64,000 nucleotides of DNA from an uncultured Nitrososphaerales archaeon (GTDB lineage Archaea > Thermoproteota > Nitrososphaeria > Nitrososphaerales > Nitrososphaeraceae). Under the pieces are notes generated by a model. The model was not told the origin of the DNA. It did no database searches and saw only the letters and a list, made by a program, of their open reading frames with translations. The stretch covers positions 576,001-640,000 of the forward strand of contig CAVOHZ010000010.1 of the NCBI GenBank assembly GCA_963695855.1, in the 5' to 3' direction. Shown piece after piece: positions 10,660 to 21,642 of the stretch. Position 1 is the first letter of the stretch, and every line of letters begins with the position of its first letter. Position numbers and translations under genes: made by a program.

Positions 10660-11412
10660 TTGATTTTTGTAGCAACGACAAAAACACCTGAAGAATGGAA
10701 AGCAATAGCTTCCGCTATCTCCACATTGGTGGATGAGGCTACTTTTGAAGCTTCAATAGAGGGGATATCTTTTAGGGGAATGGATCCATCCCATGTTGCC
10801 CTTATTGATATTTTCTGGCCTAATTCGGCTTTTGAAAAATATGAAAGTGACTCACTTGTAAAATTTGGAGTAAGGATAGACGAATTTTCAAAATTAATAA
10901 AAAGATCTGAGAAAAAAGATTCAGTCGAGATATCGATTGACCAAAATAGTATGTTATCAATTAAAATACAAAATGGATATAAAAAAGAATACAAAATGCG
11001 TTTGATTGAGAGTTCTTCTAGTTCAACTCCCTTGCCAAAATTAAGTTTTAATTCTAAAATTATTTTATCCTCTAATGCTTTTGATAAAATCCTTTCAGAT
11101 ATTCAAGTCCTATCAGAATACATAACAATAGATGCTGGGCCTGAGACCGTTAGTTTTCTCGGAAGAGGGGATTCTGGAGAAGTAAATATACTCCTGGAAC
11201 CAAAAAGCGAAGGTTTAGAAGAATTAACTTCAAAGGAAGACAGTTTAGCTACGTATAGCATAGATTACCTCTTGAAAATTACTAAAGCTATTAGCAGTGT
11301 TGGTGGTTCAGTTATTGCAGAATATTCAAGTAAGATGCCATTACGATTAGAGTTTACTGTAGCGAGTTTAGGAAGAATTCATTTTTATCTTGCTCCACGA
11401 ATTCAAGATTGA
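10660..11412 (+). CDS. pcn: proliferating cell nuclear antigen (sliding clamp)
   Basis: MDPSHVAL and FYLAPR motifs. Confidence 0.97.
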   Translation: MIFVATTKTPEEWKAIASAISTLVDEATFEASIEGISFRGMDPSHVALIDIFWPNSAFEKYESDSLVKFGVRIDEFSKLIKRSEKKDSVEISIDQNSMLSIKIQNGYKKEYKMRLIESSSSSTPLPKLSFNSKIILSSNAFDKILSDIQVLSEYITIDAGPETVSFLGRGDSGEVNILLEPKSEGLEELTSKEDSLATYSIDYLLKITKAISSVGGSVIAEYSSKMPLRLEFTVASLGRIHFYLAPRIQD

Positions 11413-11522
11413 AATTAGTGACAATATCATAATATTATCATATTTATTTTGATTATTATTATTTTATTGATAAATTAATTTTATCGAAGGATTAATCTAG
11501 GAAACAAGAAAATATAACAGCT

Positions 11523-12920
11523 ATGCGAATTGTAATGAAGTTTGGTGGTACTTTGCTTGATAATGAAGATAAACTCCGAAACGTAATAAACGTCATAAGC
11601 TCATATTATTCCGAAGGCAACAATGTTGTTGTAATAATTTCTGCTCTAAATGGAATAACTGATAAAATTTTGGATTTATGTAAAGATATTAAAAAAATTA
11701 ATAAGAATATTATCAATAATTTTGTCGATAATATCGAAACAATTCATGCAAGTCTGATAGATAAATTAATCACTAATGCAGAAAGAAAGACTGAAATATT
11801 GGAAATCATAGCAAATCTGCTAAACGAATTCAAAGAAATTTTAGTAGGAATTTCGATTTTAGGAGAGATAACTCCAAAATCTAGAGACTACCTAGTATCT
11901 TTTGGCGAGAGGCTATCAACACCAATGGTGTCTTTTTCGTTAATGGATAAAGGATTAAAATCAGAATTTTTTAATGGAAAAGAAATAGGAATCCTGACTG
12001 ATTCAAATTATGGAGATGCCAAGCCCCTTATGGATACAACAAAATTAAGGGTCCGTCACAAGATAGAACCGTTAATTGCAGAAAAAATAATCCCAGTCAT
12101 AACAGGATTTATTGGCTGTGATCAAAATGGAAATATTACTACCATAGGTAGAGGGGGTTCAGACTATTCTGCTACTATCATAGCTGCCAGCATAAATGCT
12201 GATGAGGTCTGGTTATGGAGTGACACTGATGGATTAATGACTGCAGATCCGAAGATAGTAGAGAATGTCATGATGATTGATGAGTTATCTTTTTCGGAGG
12301 CATTAGAGTTATCGATGTTTGGTCCAAAGTACATGCATCCAAGAGCACTTGAACCTGTAATGGATTCGAAAATAGCCTTGAGAATTAGGAACATAAATAA
12401 TTTAAAAAATAGTGGTACCGTGATTCTACAAAATCCATTGAAAAATTCAACAAGAACAGTAAAGTCTATCACAGCTATAGGAGATACAGCATTAATAGAT
12501 GTCAGCGGAGGGGGGCTAATTGGATATCCTGGTACTGCTGCAAAAATTTTTGATGCACTTGCTAAGAATCAAGTAAATATAATGATGATCTCACAGACAC
12601 CTTCTGAATCCAGTATTTCTATTGTAGTAAAAAAAAATGATTTGGATAAGGCTATTACAACGCTGGAATTGAACTTTCTTGGCAAGTTAATCAAAAGAAT
12701 AGACGTGAATGAAAATGTTGCGATAATAGCAGTAGTGGGATCTGGAATGAGAGGAATAAAAGGCGTGGCAGCAAGAACATTTGGTGCGGTGGCAAAAAAC
12801 AATATTAATGTAATAATGATCGCTCAAGGCTCTTCAGAATTGAACTTGGCTTTTGTAATAGAGGAAAACTATCGTAACAAAGCTGTTAAAGCTTTACATC
12901 TAGAATTTATAGGCAAGTGA
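11523..12920 (+). CDS. lysC: aspartate kinase
   Basis: VMKFGGT, GRGGSDYSA, DGLMTADP, two ACT domains. Confidence 0.96.
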   Translation: MRIVMKFGGTLLDNEDKLRNVINVISSYYSEGNNVVVIISALNGITDKILDLCKDIKKINKNIINNFVDNIETIHASLIDKLITNAERKTEILEIIANLLNEFKEILVGISILGEITPKSRDYLVSFGERLSTPMVSFSLMDKGLKSEFFNGKEIGILTDSNYGDAKPLMDTTKLRVRHKIEPLIAEKIIPVITGFIGCDQNGNITTIGRGGSDYSATIIAASINADEVWLWSDTDGLMTADPKIVENVMMIDELSFSEALELSMFGPKYMHPRALEPVMDSKIALRIRNINNLKNSGTVILQNPLKNSTRTVKSITAIGDTALIDVSGGGLIGYPGTAAKIFDALAKNQVNIMMISQTPSESSISIVVKKNDLDKAITTLELNFLGKLIKRIDVNENVAIIAVVGSGMRGIKGVAARTFGAVAKNNINVIMIAQGSSELNLAFVIEENYRNKAVKALHLEFIGK

Positions 12921-12981
12921 ATTCAAGAAAAAACATAAAGAGATAAATTTTGTTGAATTGTAGGTAGATTTAAGAATTTAG

Positions 12982-13773
12982 TTGAATGGAAAATTATATG
13001 TGGTGGGAGTAGGACCTGGAAGTCATGATCATATGACATTTCGCGCTAAAAAAGTAATAGAAGAAAGTCAGATAATTGTAGGATATGAAACTTATGTATC
13101 ACTAGTTGAGGACTTGATTGAAGGTAAGGAAGTATATCGATATGCAATGACACAAGAGGTGGATAGAGCAAATCAGGCCATACGATTTGCTGAAGACGGA
13201 AAAATTGTTTCACTTGTATCATCTGGAGATCCAGGAATTTATGGGATGATAGGTTTGATCTATGAAATTTTAGCTGAAAAAGGATGGAGCCGAGAAGATG
13301 GTATTTACGTTGAATGTGTTCCTGGGGTGTCTTCATTGAATTCATGTGGAGCTCTAGTAGGATCGCCTTTGATGACAGATTTTGCTGTAGTTAGTATGAG
13401 TGATTTATTAGTCCCGTGGGAAATGATAGTGAAAAGAGTGGAGGCAGCAGCTATTGGTGACTATGTTACTGTAATTTATAACCCAGCGAGTAAAAAGAGA
13501 ATACATCAATTAAAAGATACAAGAGACATTTTCCTAAAACATAGAAGTGCTACTACTCCTGTTGCAATTGTAAAAGGAGCTTACAGAGAAAGTCAAAATA
13601 TCGTAATAACTGATTTAGAAAATATGTTAGGCTATGATGAGATGATAGGAATGATTACTACAATAATAATCGGAAATTCTTCAACTTTTAATTATAAAGA
13701 CATGATGATAAATCCTAGAGGATATAAATCAAAATACCAATTGATTAAACCCTCAAATATCAAATCTGCATAA
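12982..13773 (+). CDS. cbiH: precorrin-3B C17-methyltransferase
   Basis: VGVGPG, SSGDPGIYG, SMSDLLVPW, PRGY. Confidence 0.93.
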   Translation: MNGKLYVVGVGPGSHDHMTFRAKKVIEESQIIVGYETYVSLVEDLIEGKEVYRYAMTQEVDRANQAIRFAEDGKIVSLVSSGDPGIYGMIGLIYEILAEKGWSREDGIYVECVPGVSSLNSCGALVGSPLMTDFAVVSMSDLLVPWEMIVKRVEAAAIGDYVTVIYNPASKKRIHQLKDTRDIFLKHRSATTPVAIVKGAYRESQNIVITDLENMLGYDEMIGMITTIIIGNSSTFNYKDMMINPRGYKSKYQLIKPSNIKSA

Positions 13774-13866
13774 TTTCCTTTTATTATATTTTAATAATTA
13801 TTAAAATATCATTTTTATTTAATATCGATTAAAAATAATGTTCACCAAAAATACTAAATAAAAAGA

Positions 13867-14913
13867 TTATTCAAAATTTGGTTCACGATTTTTAAAATGT
13901 CTTCTTATTGGATCTAACACTTTATCGAGATAAATTGCTACTGATTGTTTCAGATCTTGTGGATGAATTTTTTTGTTAACATAATCATTTTCTAATTTGG
14001 GATATTCTTCATATGTAATATTTCCTCCATACTTTTCAGGACGTTCTATTATAATTTCTCCCATTTCTCTAAAAATAATATATTTCATTATTTCTAGAAC
14101 TGGGTTATTCTCTGAAATTCCAATCGGACAAAATGCTTTTTTAATCTTATTTTCTATACTTGTTGTATCATCATGAATAAAAATACTTCCAGTTGGTTTA
14201 CTTTTGCTCATTTTACTAGAAATTTTTAGATCATCTTTGTTGTCCTCTGTAAGTCCTAGAGTTACAGGTTCCAAGAGTCCAGGTAATAAGTGATGATGAA
14301 GACTAATGGGAACTTTCCATTTTAATTTAGGAAAAATTTCTCTTACCAGCATGTGGATCTTTCTTTGATCGGTTCCTGCATGAACAAGGTCGAGATCAAG
14401 AGCATGGATGTCAGTTGACTGCATGGCTGGATAGAGGAATTGTGAAAAATTGAGGTTATCTTTCTCTGTTCTACCCATGATAGTCAAAGAGCGAATTGTT
14501 CTTGGTAAAGTTATCTGCTTACAAAAATTCATAAAACTTTTCCAATAATCATCGTTGGATCTGTATAAGTTACTACCTAATACAAAATTCACTCCAGGAC
14601 AGAAGAAATGAAAGGCCATTTTATAATAGTCAGAGATTTCTTGGATTTTGTCCCAATCACTATTCAATTTATTATTAATAAATGTATGCCAATCCGCTAA
14701 AAATACGGTTGTATGAAAATTCGCTTTGATAAGGTCATTTATCTTGAAACCTGTTAGGAGAAGACTTCCAAGATGGAGTTTGCCAGAAATTTCAAGTCCT
14801 ATGTAATGTTTAGGTCTTGACACTGTTTGTAATAAGTTTCTTAGCTCTCCCATCGTAATTATTTCTTCTGTTGGTCCTTTTAGGACAAGAGAAATTCGTC
14901 CTTCTAAATCCAT
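13867..14913 (-). CDS. tyrS: tyrosine--tRNA ligase
   Basis: YIGLEISGKLHLG, YPAMQ, GTDQRK, KMSKS. Confidence 0.95.
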   Translation of the reverse strand: MDLEGRISLVLKGPTEEIITMGELRNLLQTVSRPKHYIGLEISGKLHLGSLLLTGFKINDLIKANFHTTVFLADWHTFINNKLNSDWDKIQEISDYYKMAFHFFCPGVNFVLGSNLYRSNDDYWKSFMNFCKQITLPRTIRSLTIMGRTEKDNLNFSQFLYPAMQSTDIHALDLDLVHAGTDQRKIHMLVREIFPKLKWKVPISLHHHLLPGLLEPVTLGLTEDNKDDLKISSKMSKSKPTGSIFIHDDTTSIENKIKKAFCPIGISENNPVLEIMKYIIFREMGEIIIERPEKYGGNITYEEYPKLENDYVNKKIHPQDLKQSVAIYLDKVLDPIRRHFKNREPNFE

Positions 14914-14947
14914 ATAACCTTAGGATAAAGTATTAGTAATTAATTTT

Positions 14948-16039
14948 TGCTCATATCTCAAAATCGCACATTTTGCAATAATCAGTTTGAGTCATGAATA
15001 GAATTAAGAGTACAATCTATAATCGGTAAAGTCTAGTTCATTAGAAACACATATGCCGATTATTATCCACAATATAAAATGTTATTTCCTCAAATAGCAC
15101 CGGATATAGACTTTAGCTAATGATCCTATTGAACTGATTAAATCCAGATGTAGTAGAATTTAATCTTTCTGATAGATAGATTCACTCTTTTTAACAAATG
15201 TTTCAGAAAAGGTTAATGCTGCACAATATCTAATTAGCATGCGTTTTAACCATATCTATTTCCGATGAAAGTTGGTGTACCATTAACCAAGTACTATATT
15301 TCATTATCATTATTCACATACATCTTTGAAGATATGGTTTTTGGCACTGTGCCTGTACTTTGTACTGTTGCCTAGATATTCTATAAGAAAGGTATTGCTT
15401 GAGGTAGTTGTACCAATTTCAAAATGCTATCTATTTATCAGAAAAGTTATGGAAAAGTTATCTTCAACATCATCATCTTCTTCTGCTAAACTTAGTGGTC
15501 TTGCTAAAAATGATGAATTCTATATCAAGGCCGGGACTGAAGGGTAGGCGATATCATGAAGATGGTGAAACAAGGAAGAAACCTAGGAAAAGCGTGCTCA
15601 CCATGGAAGGATAGAGGTTCATTTTACAAGGACCATCCAATGATAACACGAAGTCGCCAAAGGAACGCAATGATATATTTTGATGTTCCTCTATATAGGT
15701 CACTTCTTGGTATTATATACACCAGAATTGAATATGGTTCCACCATATTTACCAATGAATATAGAGCATATGATCATCTGGAAGAACATGGCTTCAAACA
15801 CAAAAGTGTAATGCATTCACAGAAAGAACGAATATGCAAATTGTACGGTTCATATGAAGAATTGTGAATGTGGAAGTGATCTGTACCAGATATGAATAAG
15901 TTCATGGATATGAACAAGTACAATTTACAAGTATATTCCAAAATAATCTAGTTCATTCAGAATAATAAATCCAAGACAAGAAAGGAAAGGTTCATGGAGA
16001 TTCTTATTACAAGCACCTGAAACATTCAAAATAAGAGCA
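14948..16039 (+). mobile_element. degenerate IS1595-family (ISH4-like) element, fragmented transposase
   Basis: Fragments DEFYIKAG, LKGRRYH, TIFTNEYRAYDHLEEHGFKHKSVMHS in different frames; imperfect inverted ends TGCTCATAT (14948) / ATAAGAGCA (16039); ends tentative, no TSD seen. Confidence 0.7.
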
Positions 16040-16268
16040 AAGAGATTATTAGATTCAAATTATATTTATAAACGAAACCGAGTATTATTTGTGGTTAGGA
16101 TACTAATATTAAAAAAAATGAAAATAATAATATATTGAATTTTTTTCCTAAAATAACAATAATTTATGAAGAAAATAATATTGCTTTTATAGAAAATTCA
16201 ATTTAATCCTAAAAAAACTAGTAAAAAAAATACGAATATAAGCCTAAAAATATTGTCCTAGTGTAAAA

Positions 16269-17366
16269 ATGAACCTTATGGAATATCAAGGAAAGGAGAT
16301 TTTTAGTTCATATGGTATCAAAATACCTAATTCACGTTTAGCACGAAATGTATACGAAGCAATAGAAGCAGCAAAAGATATTGGTTTTCCTCTTGTATTA
16401 AAGTCACAATTAACGGTGGGAGGAAGAGGAAAAGCAGGTGCAATTTTAAAATGTAGAACGGAGGAAGAAATGAAGCAGAAATTTCAAGAATTAATGAAAA
16501 AAGAGGTTAAAGGGGAGTTGCCGAAAACAATTCTTTTGGAAGAAATGGCAGACATTAGAAAAGAATTTTATTTGTCATTTTTTCTTAACCGTACCAATAG
16601 ATGTTATTCCATAATAGCATCTTCGCAAGGTGGAGTAGAAATTGAGAGTGTTAAGAATAGAATAATAATGGATGTTCCAATAGATGGAATAACTTCTGAC
16701 TTGGCATCACGTGTTGCTAATGATATAGGACTTGCACATAATGAGAAAATTGCTTTTATTGAATTTATTCAAAAATTGTCAAAATTAATTTATGAAAATG
16801 AAGCAGAATTGGCAGAAATCAATCCGCTAGCGCTTCTTGGTGATGGAACTTTTGAAGCACTCGATGCAAAAGTTATACTAGATGATAATGCACTATTCAG
16901 GCATGAAGACTTAAAGAAGTACGAAGAACTTTCCGAACTGGAATCACAAGCTAAAGAAAATGGATTCTCATTTGTTGAATTGGATGGAGACATTGCAATA
17001 ATAGGGAATGGAGCAGGTCTAGTTATGTCAACATTAGATATGGTTACAGATGCAGGTGGGAATGCAGGTGCGTTCCTCGACTTCGGAGGAAGAGCAACCA
17101 CAGAATCCATTTATCAAGCATTAAAAGTAATAAGTAAAGTAGAAAAAATTAAAGTAATACTAGTTAACCTGTACGGAGGGATAGTAAGAACGGATCTAAT
17201 AGCCCAAGCGATTTTAAAAGGATATTATGATAACACAATTCATGTACCGGTATTTGCAAGAATTACTGGAGCAGAATCTGAGAAGGCAAGAGAGATGTTA
17301 AAGGAAAGTAAGGCAAAGTTATTCAATACAGTAGAAGAAGCAATAAATGCAACAGTAAAATATTGA
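16269..17366 (+). CDS. sucC: succinyl-CoA synthetase beta subunit
   Basis: EYQGK, GGRGKAG, EINPL, GNGAGL. Confidence 0.96.
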   Translation: MNLMEYQGKEIFSSYGIKIPNSRLARNVYEAIEAAKDIGFPLVLKSQLTVGGRGKAGAILKCRTEEEMKQKFQELMKKEVKGELPKTILLEEMADIRKEFYLSFFLNRTNRCYSIIASSQGGVEIESVKNRIIMDVPIDGITSDLASRVANDIGLAHNEKIAFIEFIQKLSKLIYENEAELAEINPLALLGDGTFEALDAKVILDDNALFRHEDLKKYEELSELESQAKENGFSFVELDGDIAIIGNGAGLVMSTLDMVTDAGGNAGAFLDFGGRATTESIYQALKVISKVEKIKVILVNLYGGIVRTDLIAQAILKGYYDNTIHVPVFARITGAESEKAREMLKESKAKLFNTVEEAINATVKY

Positions 17367-17385
17367 GTGAAGTGTTGAAAGTAAA

Positions 17386-18303
17386 ATGAGTAACAAGTTT
17401 GATTTATTTGATATTTTAATAGGAAAGGAAAGCGATGATGATTTTAAGAAAAAACCCGTTATCATTCAAGGAATGACAGGAAGTTTTGGATCCACACACA
17501 CCAGGTTAATGAAAGAATATGGTACCAACATAGTTGCAGGTATTACACCTGGTAAAGGGGGACAATCTTTTGAAGGAATACCAGTTTGTGACACAGTTAA
17601 AGAAGCTCTGGAAGGAACAGATGCCAAAATTTCTGGAATTTTCGTACCTGCACCATTCTTTCTTGGTGCTGCAAAAGAAGCTATAGATAATGGAATAAAG
17701 TTGCTAGTTGCTATTCCAGAACATGTTCCACTTATAGACTCTTTAAAAATTTTAGAATATGCTAAAAAAAAAGGGGCAATAATGGTCGGTCCAAATACTC
17801 CAGGGATTATTGTCCCAGAAGTTATGAAAGTAGGAATAATGCCTGCTAAACCATTTGTCCAAGGATCAACAGCTGTGTTTTCAAGAAGTGGGACGTTAAT
17901 GTATGAAGTATCTCACACATTAACTCAATCAGGATTTGGACAGAGAATTTGCTTCGGAATAGGGGGAGATCCCATAAATGGAACTAACCTAATCGAGGCA
18001 TTTAATCTTGTAAGAGATAAAGACGGTATTAATTCCATAGTGGTTGTTGGAGAGATTGGTGGAGATGCAGAAGAAAAGCTTGCAGAATATATAATATCAA
18101 CAAATTATGAAAAGCCAGTTGTGGCGTATGTCGCTGGCAGAGCTGCACCAAAAGAAAAAAAAATGGGACATGCAGGAGCTATTGTATACGGAAACTATGG
18201 GTCAGCAGAATCAAAAGTCTCAAATTACGCAAGAGCAAACGTACCTGTTGCTAAAAGACCTGGAGAGGTTCCAGATCTTTTAAGAAGCAGACTGAAAAAA
18301 TAG
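17386..18303 (+). CDS. sucD: succinyl-CoA synthetase alpha subunit
   Basis: QGMTG, GPNTPG, SRSGTL, MGHAGA. Confidence 0.96.
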   Translation: MSNKFDLFDILIGKESDDDFKKKPVIIQGMTGSFGSTHTRLMKEYGTNIVAGITPGKGGQSFEGIPVCDTVKEALEGTDAKISGIFVPAPFFLGAAKEAIDNGIKLLVAIPEHVPLIDSLKILEYAKKKGAIMVGPNTPGIIVPEVMKVGIMPAKPFVQGSTAVFSRSGTLMYEVSHTLTQSGFGQRICFGIGGDPINGTNLIEAFNLVRDKDGINSIVVVGEIGGDAEEKLAEYIISTNYEKPVVAYVAGRAAPKEKKMGHAGAIVYGNYGSAESKVSNYARANVPVAKRPGEVPDLLRSRLKK

Positions 18304-18365
18304 GAGTATGAATAATCAAAAAAACAGATGTTTTTTGATTTTTCTATAAAGCATGAAAATTGTAC

Positions 18366-18539
18366 TTGAATACTGAAAAAAGGTTTTGCGATAAATGTAT
18401 GGAAAAAACTGTTCATGAAATAGTGGAGAATGAGGAATCGATTTATACTTACAAACGTAGAAGAATTTATAGATGTCAAAAATGTGGTAAATCTACCTAC
18501 AAGCGAGGTTTAAGACCATCTGCTGAATCAGTATACTAA
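18366..18539 (+). CDS. small basic zinc-ribbon protein (57 aa)
   Basis: Manual translation MNTEKRFCDKCMEKTVHEIVENEESIYTYKRRRIYRCQKCGKSTYKRGLRPSAESVY; two CxxC; below ORF-track cutoff. Confidence 0.8.
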   Translation: MNTEKRFCDKCMEKTVHEIVENEESIYTYKRRRIYRCQKCGKSTYKRGLRPSAESVY

Positions 18540-18556
18540 TTAGGATATTATAATGC

Positions 18557-19390
18557 GTGGAAAGTGTATACATGGGAATACTAGAAAATTTAGCTGAAGC
18601 TAGAAAAGTTTATTTCAATAGAATAAAGCCGAAAAGTATCATATCAGAAATAATTCCAAATCATTATTCAGAAAGTTTTCCCATCAATAACCAATTACTT
18701 GATAAATTGCACGAATTTGTAAATTATAATCCGATATATTTTAAAAAAACAAATGTACTCATTAACAATATCGAATTTACATCTTGCGAGGGAGATGTAA
18801 ATACTTTTTACTTAAATGCTAAGAAATATGATACTAGTTATCAACCTTTTTATCCTACATGGATTTTATCAGCACTGTTAATCTGTGAGAGATTAAGAGT
18901 AGATGACATGAAATGTAACGAAATAATAGACATAGGATCAGGGGATGGAAGAATCCCATTTTGTGGAGCATTATTAGGACTATATTCTATTGGATTAGAG
19001 CTGGACAGTAGCCTTAGCCAGCTTCAGAGACATATCTCAGAAAGTACCAAGGTTCCATTCGAAATAATCAATGCGGATGGTTCTGATTACGACTTCTCAA
19101 ATCAAGAATTGTCCAGACCATGTTTTATCATATCTGCATTACCAGAGATGGGAGAGATGTTTGTAGAAAATATTATGAGAAGAATAAATGAGAAAAGAAT
19201 TGAATCTTTTGTAATTATTTTTTTGGCAAGTTCAGTAAAAAGAAGATTTTCAAATGATATGTCTAATTTTGGATGGGGAAAGATAATGGAAAAAAACAAC
19301 TTAAAAATAAATGATTCTTTAAATCTTCCAACACATTGGACAAACGATAACGCCGATGAAACAATATACCTGTTTACGAAGCAAGGATAA
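18557..19390 (+). CDS. class I SAM-dependent methyltransferase-like protein
   Basis: IIDIGSGDGR, GLELD, NADG motifs. Confidence 0.75.
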   Translation: MESVYMGILENLAEARKVYFNRIKPKSIISEIIPNHYSESFPINNQLLDKLHEFVNYNPIYFKKTNVLINNIEFTSCEGDVNTFYLNAKKYDTSYQPFYPTWILSALLICERLRVDDMKCNEIIDIGSGDGRIPFCGALLGLYSIGLELDSSLSQLQRHISESTKVPFEIINADGSDYDFSNQELSRPCFIISALPEMGEMFVENIMRRINEKRIESFVIIFLASSVKRRFSNDMSNFGWGKIMEKNNLKINDSLNLPTHWTNDNADETIYLFTKQG

Positions 19391-19781
19391 CATAAAAAGA
19401 TAGCAGAGACCTTGGAACAAGGCTAACGATTAATCTTACTTTTATCTAAAATTAGTATTTTATACCCATAGATTTTCTATAGTTTTGGAAAACCCCTTTT
19501 AGTTAGAAAACGAAAAAAAACAATTTGAAATACTTTATATCCTCAAATTATTATCCCCACGATAAAGAAATGAAAATTGGCGCCTAGACTAAGGTTCAGG
19601 TAATCTGATTCAATATTATTTTCTAAAATATGAAATATCGTGGGATCCTGAACATGAATAATTTCAACTATAAGAACGGACGTAGCGAAATTATCATATT
19701 AAAAAATCGCTATTGTTTGTTTTTAGTATATGTTTTTATTTTTTATTTTGTTATTCAATAAAAATAAATTTATATTAATTA

Positions 19782-20507
19782 GTGACTGTTGAAATAAACA
19801 ATAACTTGCATTATTGGTTAGGTTCACTTTGTAAAATTAACGACATCGATAATAACAGGATATTATATTTTCCAAATAACAGTGTAGCAATCTCAGATAA
19901 CATCGAAATTATAGATGATCAAGGAAACAATATTCCGGATAAATCATGGATGCTTTACCTATTAGAACTATTTAACATACAAAATCATCCGATAGAATTA
20001 AACTTGATTTGCCAGTTCGATAACAAGAACTATTTTGAAGCAATTTTTTTAGGCAAAAATAGATACAGATTTAGAGAAATTTTGCCAGTAATTGGACATT
20101 CATATCAACGTGTAATATTAATTAATAAAAACAATCACAGAATTGACTATATTCTAAAAGATAAAACAACGGATAAAATTGAAATTTTTAACTATCATTT
20201 GGATGGCATTGATTTTAATTATAAAATGTTAAATCAGTTTACAGGAATTGAGTGGTGGAATAAAACAGGATCTTTTCTATATCCGATCAGGTATCAAGTA
20301 GAATTCTCTCAGATTATGTTTGGGTATGAGAATAAACAAGACGACGAATCGATAACGTTCGTACCACATAATTCGCTGATACCAAACAAAGATGGTTTTG
20401 GAAGAGAATATCCCATTTTATTTCAAGAGGTGAAAATTAGAGATGGATGTATATCTTATATAGTAAAAAATGGCTCTTGTAAAAAAGGAATCAGATATAA
20501 TTGCTAA
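19782..20507 (+). CDS. hypothetical protein
   Basis: 241-aa ORF, no recognised motif. Confidence 0.7.
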   Translation: MTVEINNNLHYWLGSLCKINDIDNNRILYFPNNSVAISDNIEIIDDQGNNIPDKSWMLYLLELFNIQNHPIELNLICQFDNKNYFEAIFLGKNRYRFREILPVIGHSYQRVILINKNNHRIDYILKDKTTDKIEIFNYHLDGIDFNYKMLNQFTGIEWWNKTGSFLYPIRYQVEFSQIMFGYENKQDDESITFVPHNSLIPNKDGFGREYPILFQEVKIRDGCISYIVKNGSCKKGIRYNC

Positions 20508-20699
20508 GATAACAATTCTTAAACTAGATCATGCAATTTTTCTAATTTAAAGATATAGAACGTTTTTGACACTTCCACTTAAATATCTATAAATTTGCAT
20601 TGAGAAATCAATATCGTAACAATAGTACTTAAAATACATGTTTATTATGCCGCATTTGTCTCAAGATTCTCTAATTATGTGTACATTGAAACACTGAAT

Positions 20700-21014
20700 T
20701 CATAACCAAGACCAATGAGTCAAATTTCTTATATTACATTGTTTCTTTATTACTGTTTTTGCTTTATTCGAAGCCTCATATTCATCTCCTGTTTTTTTTA
20801 AGTAGTATACGAACAATTTTTCGTAAAGTTCTTTTGCTTTTTCTTCATTAAACTCTTTATAATGTGGTTTTCTTGTATTTCCGCTTCCATCTATCGACTT
20901 TATTAGCCAATTTTCCTTCACTTCCAATCCTTTTAAAAGCAGATATTCTTTCTTACATTTTTCACATCTTTCGTCAAAAAAAGAATTATGATAAGAACAA
21001 GACTCCATATGCAA
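20700..21014 (-). CDS. hypothetical protein, possible Zn-binding N-terminus
   Basis: CSYH...CEKC; 104 aa. Confidence 0.6.
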   Translation of the reverse strand: MHMESCSYHNSFFDERCEKCKKEYLLLKGLEVKENWLIKSIDGSGNTRKPHYKEFNEEKAKELYEKLFVYYLKKTGDEYEASNKAKTVIKKQCNIRNLTHWSWL

Positions 21015-21174
21015 GTACAGGAAATAACATATAAAAATATTAAGACTTATAAGATGGTTTTTATTTTACGTGGGAATCGTATTAATTATTTTATATTTGT
21101 GGATAAACATTATATCTATCAAATAATAAATATCAAATACTAAGATTTAATAGATTAAATAGAAATTATTTTAC

Positions 21175-21642
21175 TTGATGTCCGAAATCAACCAACTTTT
21201 GGTAAGACGTATAGAACAAGGAACCGTGATTGATCATATAGATCCTGGAAAGGCCTTTAATGTTCTAAAGACTCTTAATATTACTGGAAGTGATGGAAAC
21301 ATAGTTACTGTGGCATTAAATGTACCAAGCAGCAAAAGACAAAAGAAAGATATCATAAAAATTGAAAATAAATTCTTAGAGAACAGTGATACAGATAGAA
21401 TTGCTCTGATATCGCCACATGCAACAATAAATATTATAAAAAATTACAAGGTAGCCGAAAAACGCAAAATACAAGTACCAGATTATATTACTGGTATTTT
21501 TAAATGTTCTAATATTAATTGCATTACTAACGAAGAAAAAAATAGTATTCCAACTATAGTGTTATTGGATAAGACAGACATTGTATTAAAATGTAAATAT
21601 TGTTCCAGGATATTAGACATCAATGATTTGGAAGAAATATGA
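21175..21642 (+). CDS. pyrI: aspartate carbamoyltransferase regulatory chain
   Basis: GTVIDHI, KDIIKIE, CSNINC and CKYC Zn ligands. Confidence 0.96.
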   Translation: MMSEINQLLVRRIEQGTVIDHIDPGKAFNVLKTLNITGSDGNIVTVALNVPSSKRQKKDIIKIENKFLENSDTDRIALISPHATINIIKNYKVAEKRKIQVPDYITGIFKCSNINCITNEEKNSIPTIVLLDKTDIVLKCKYCSRILDINDLEEI

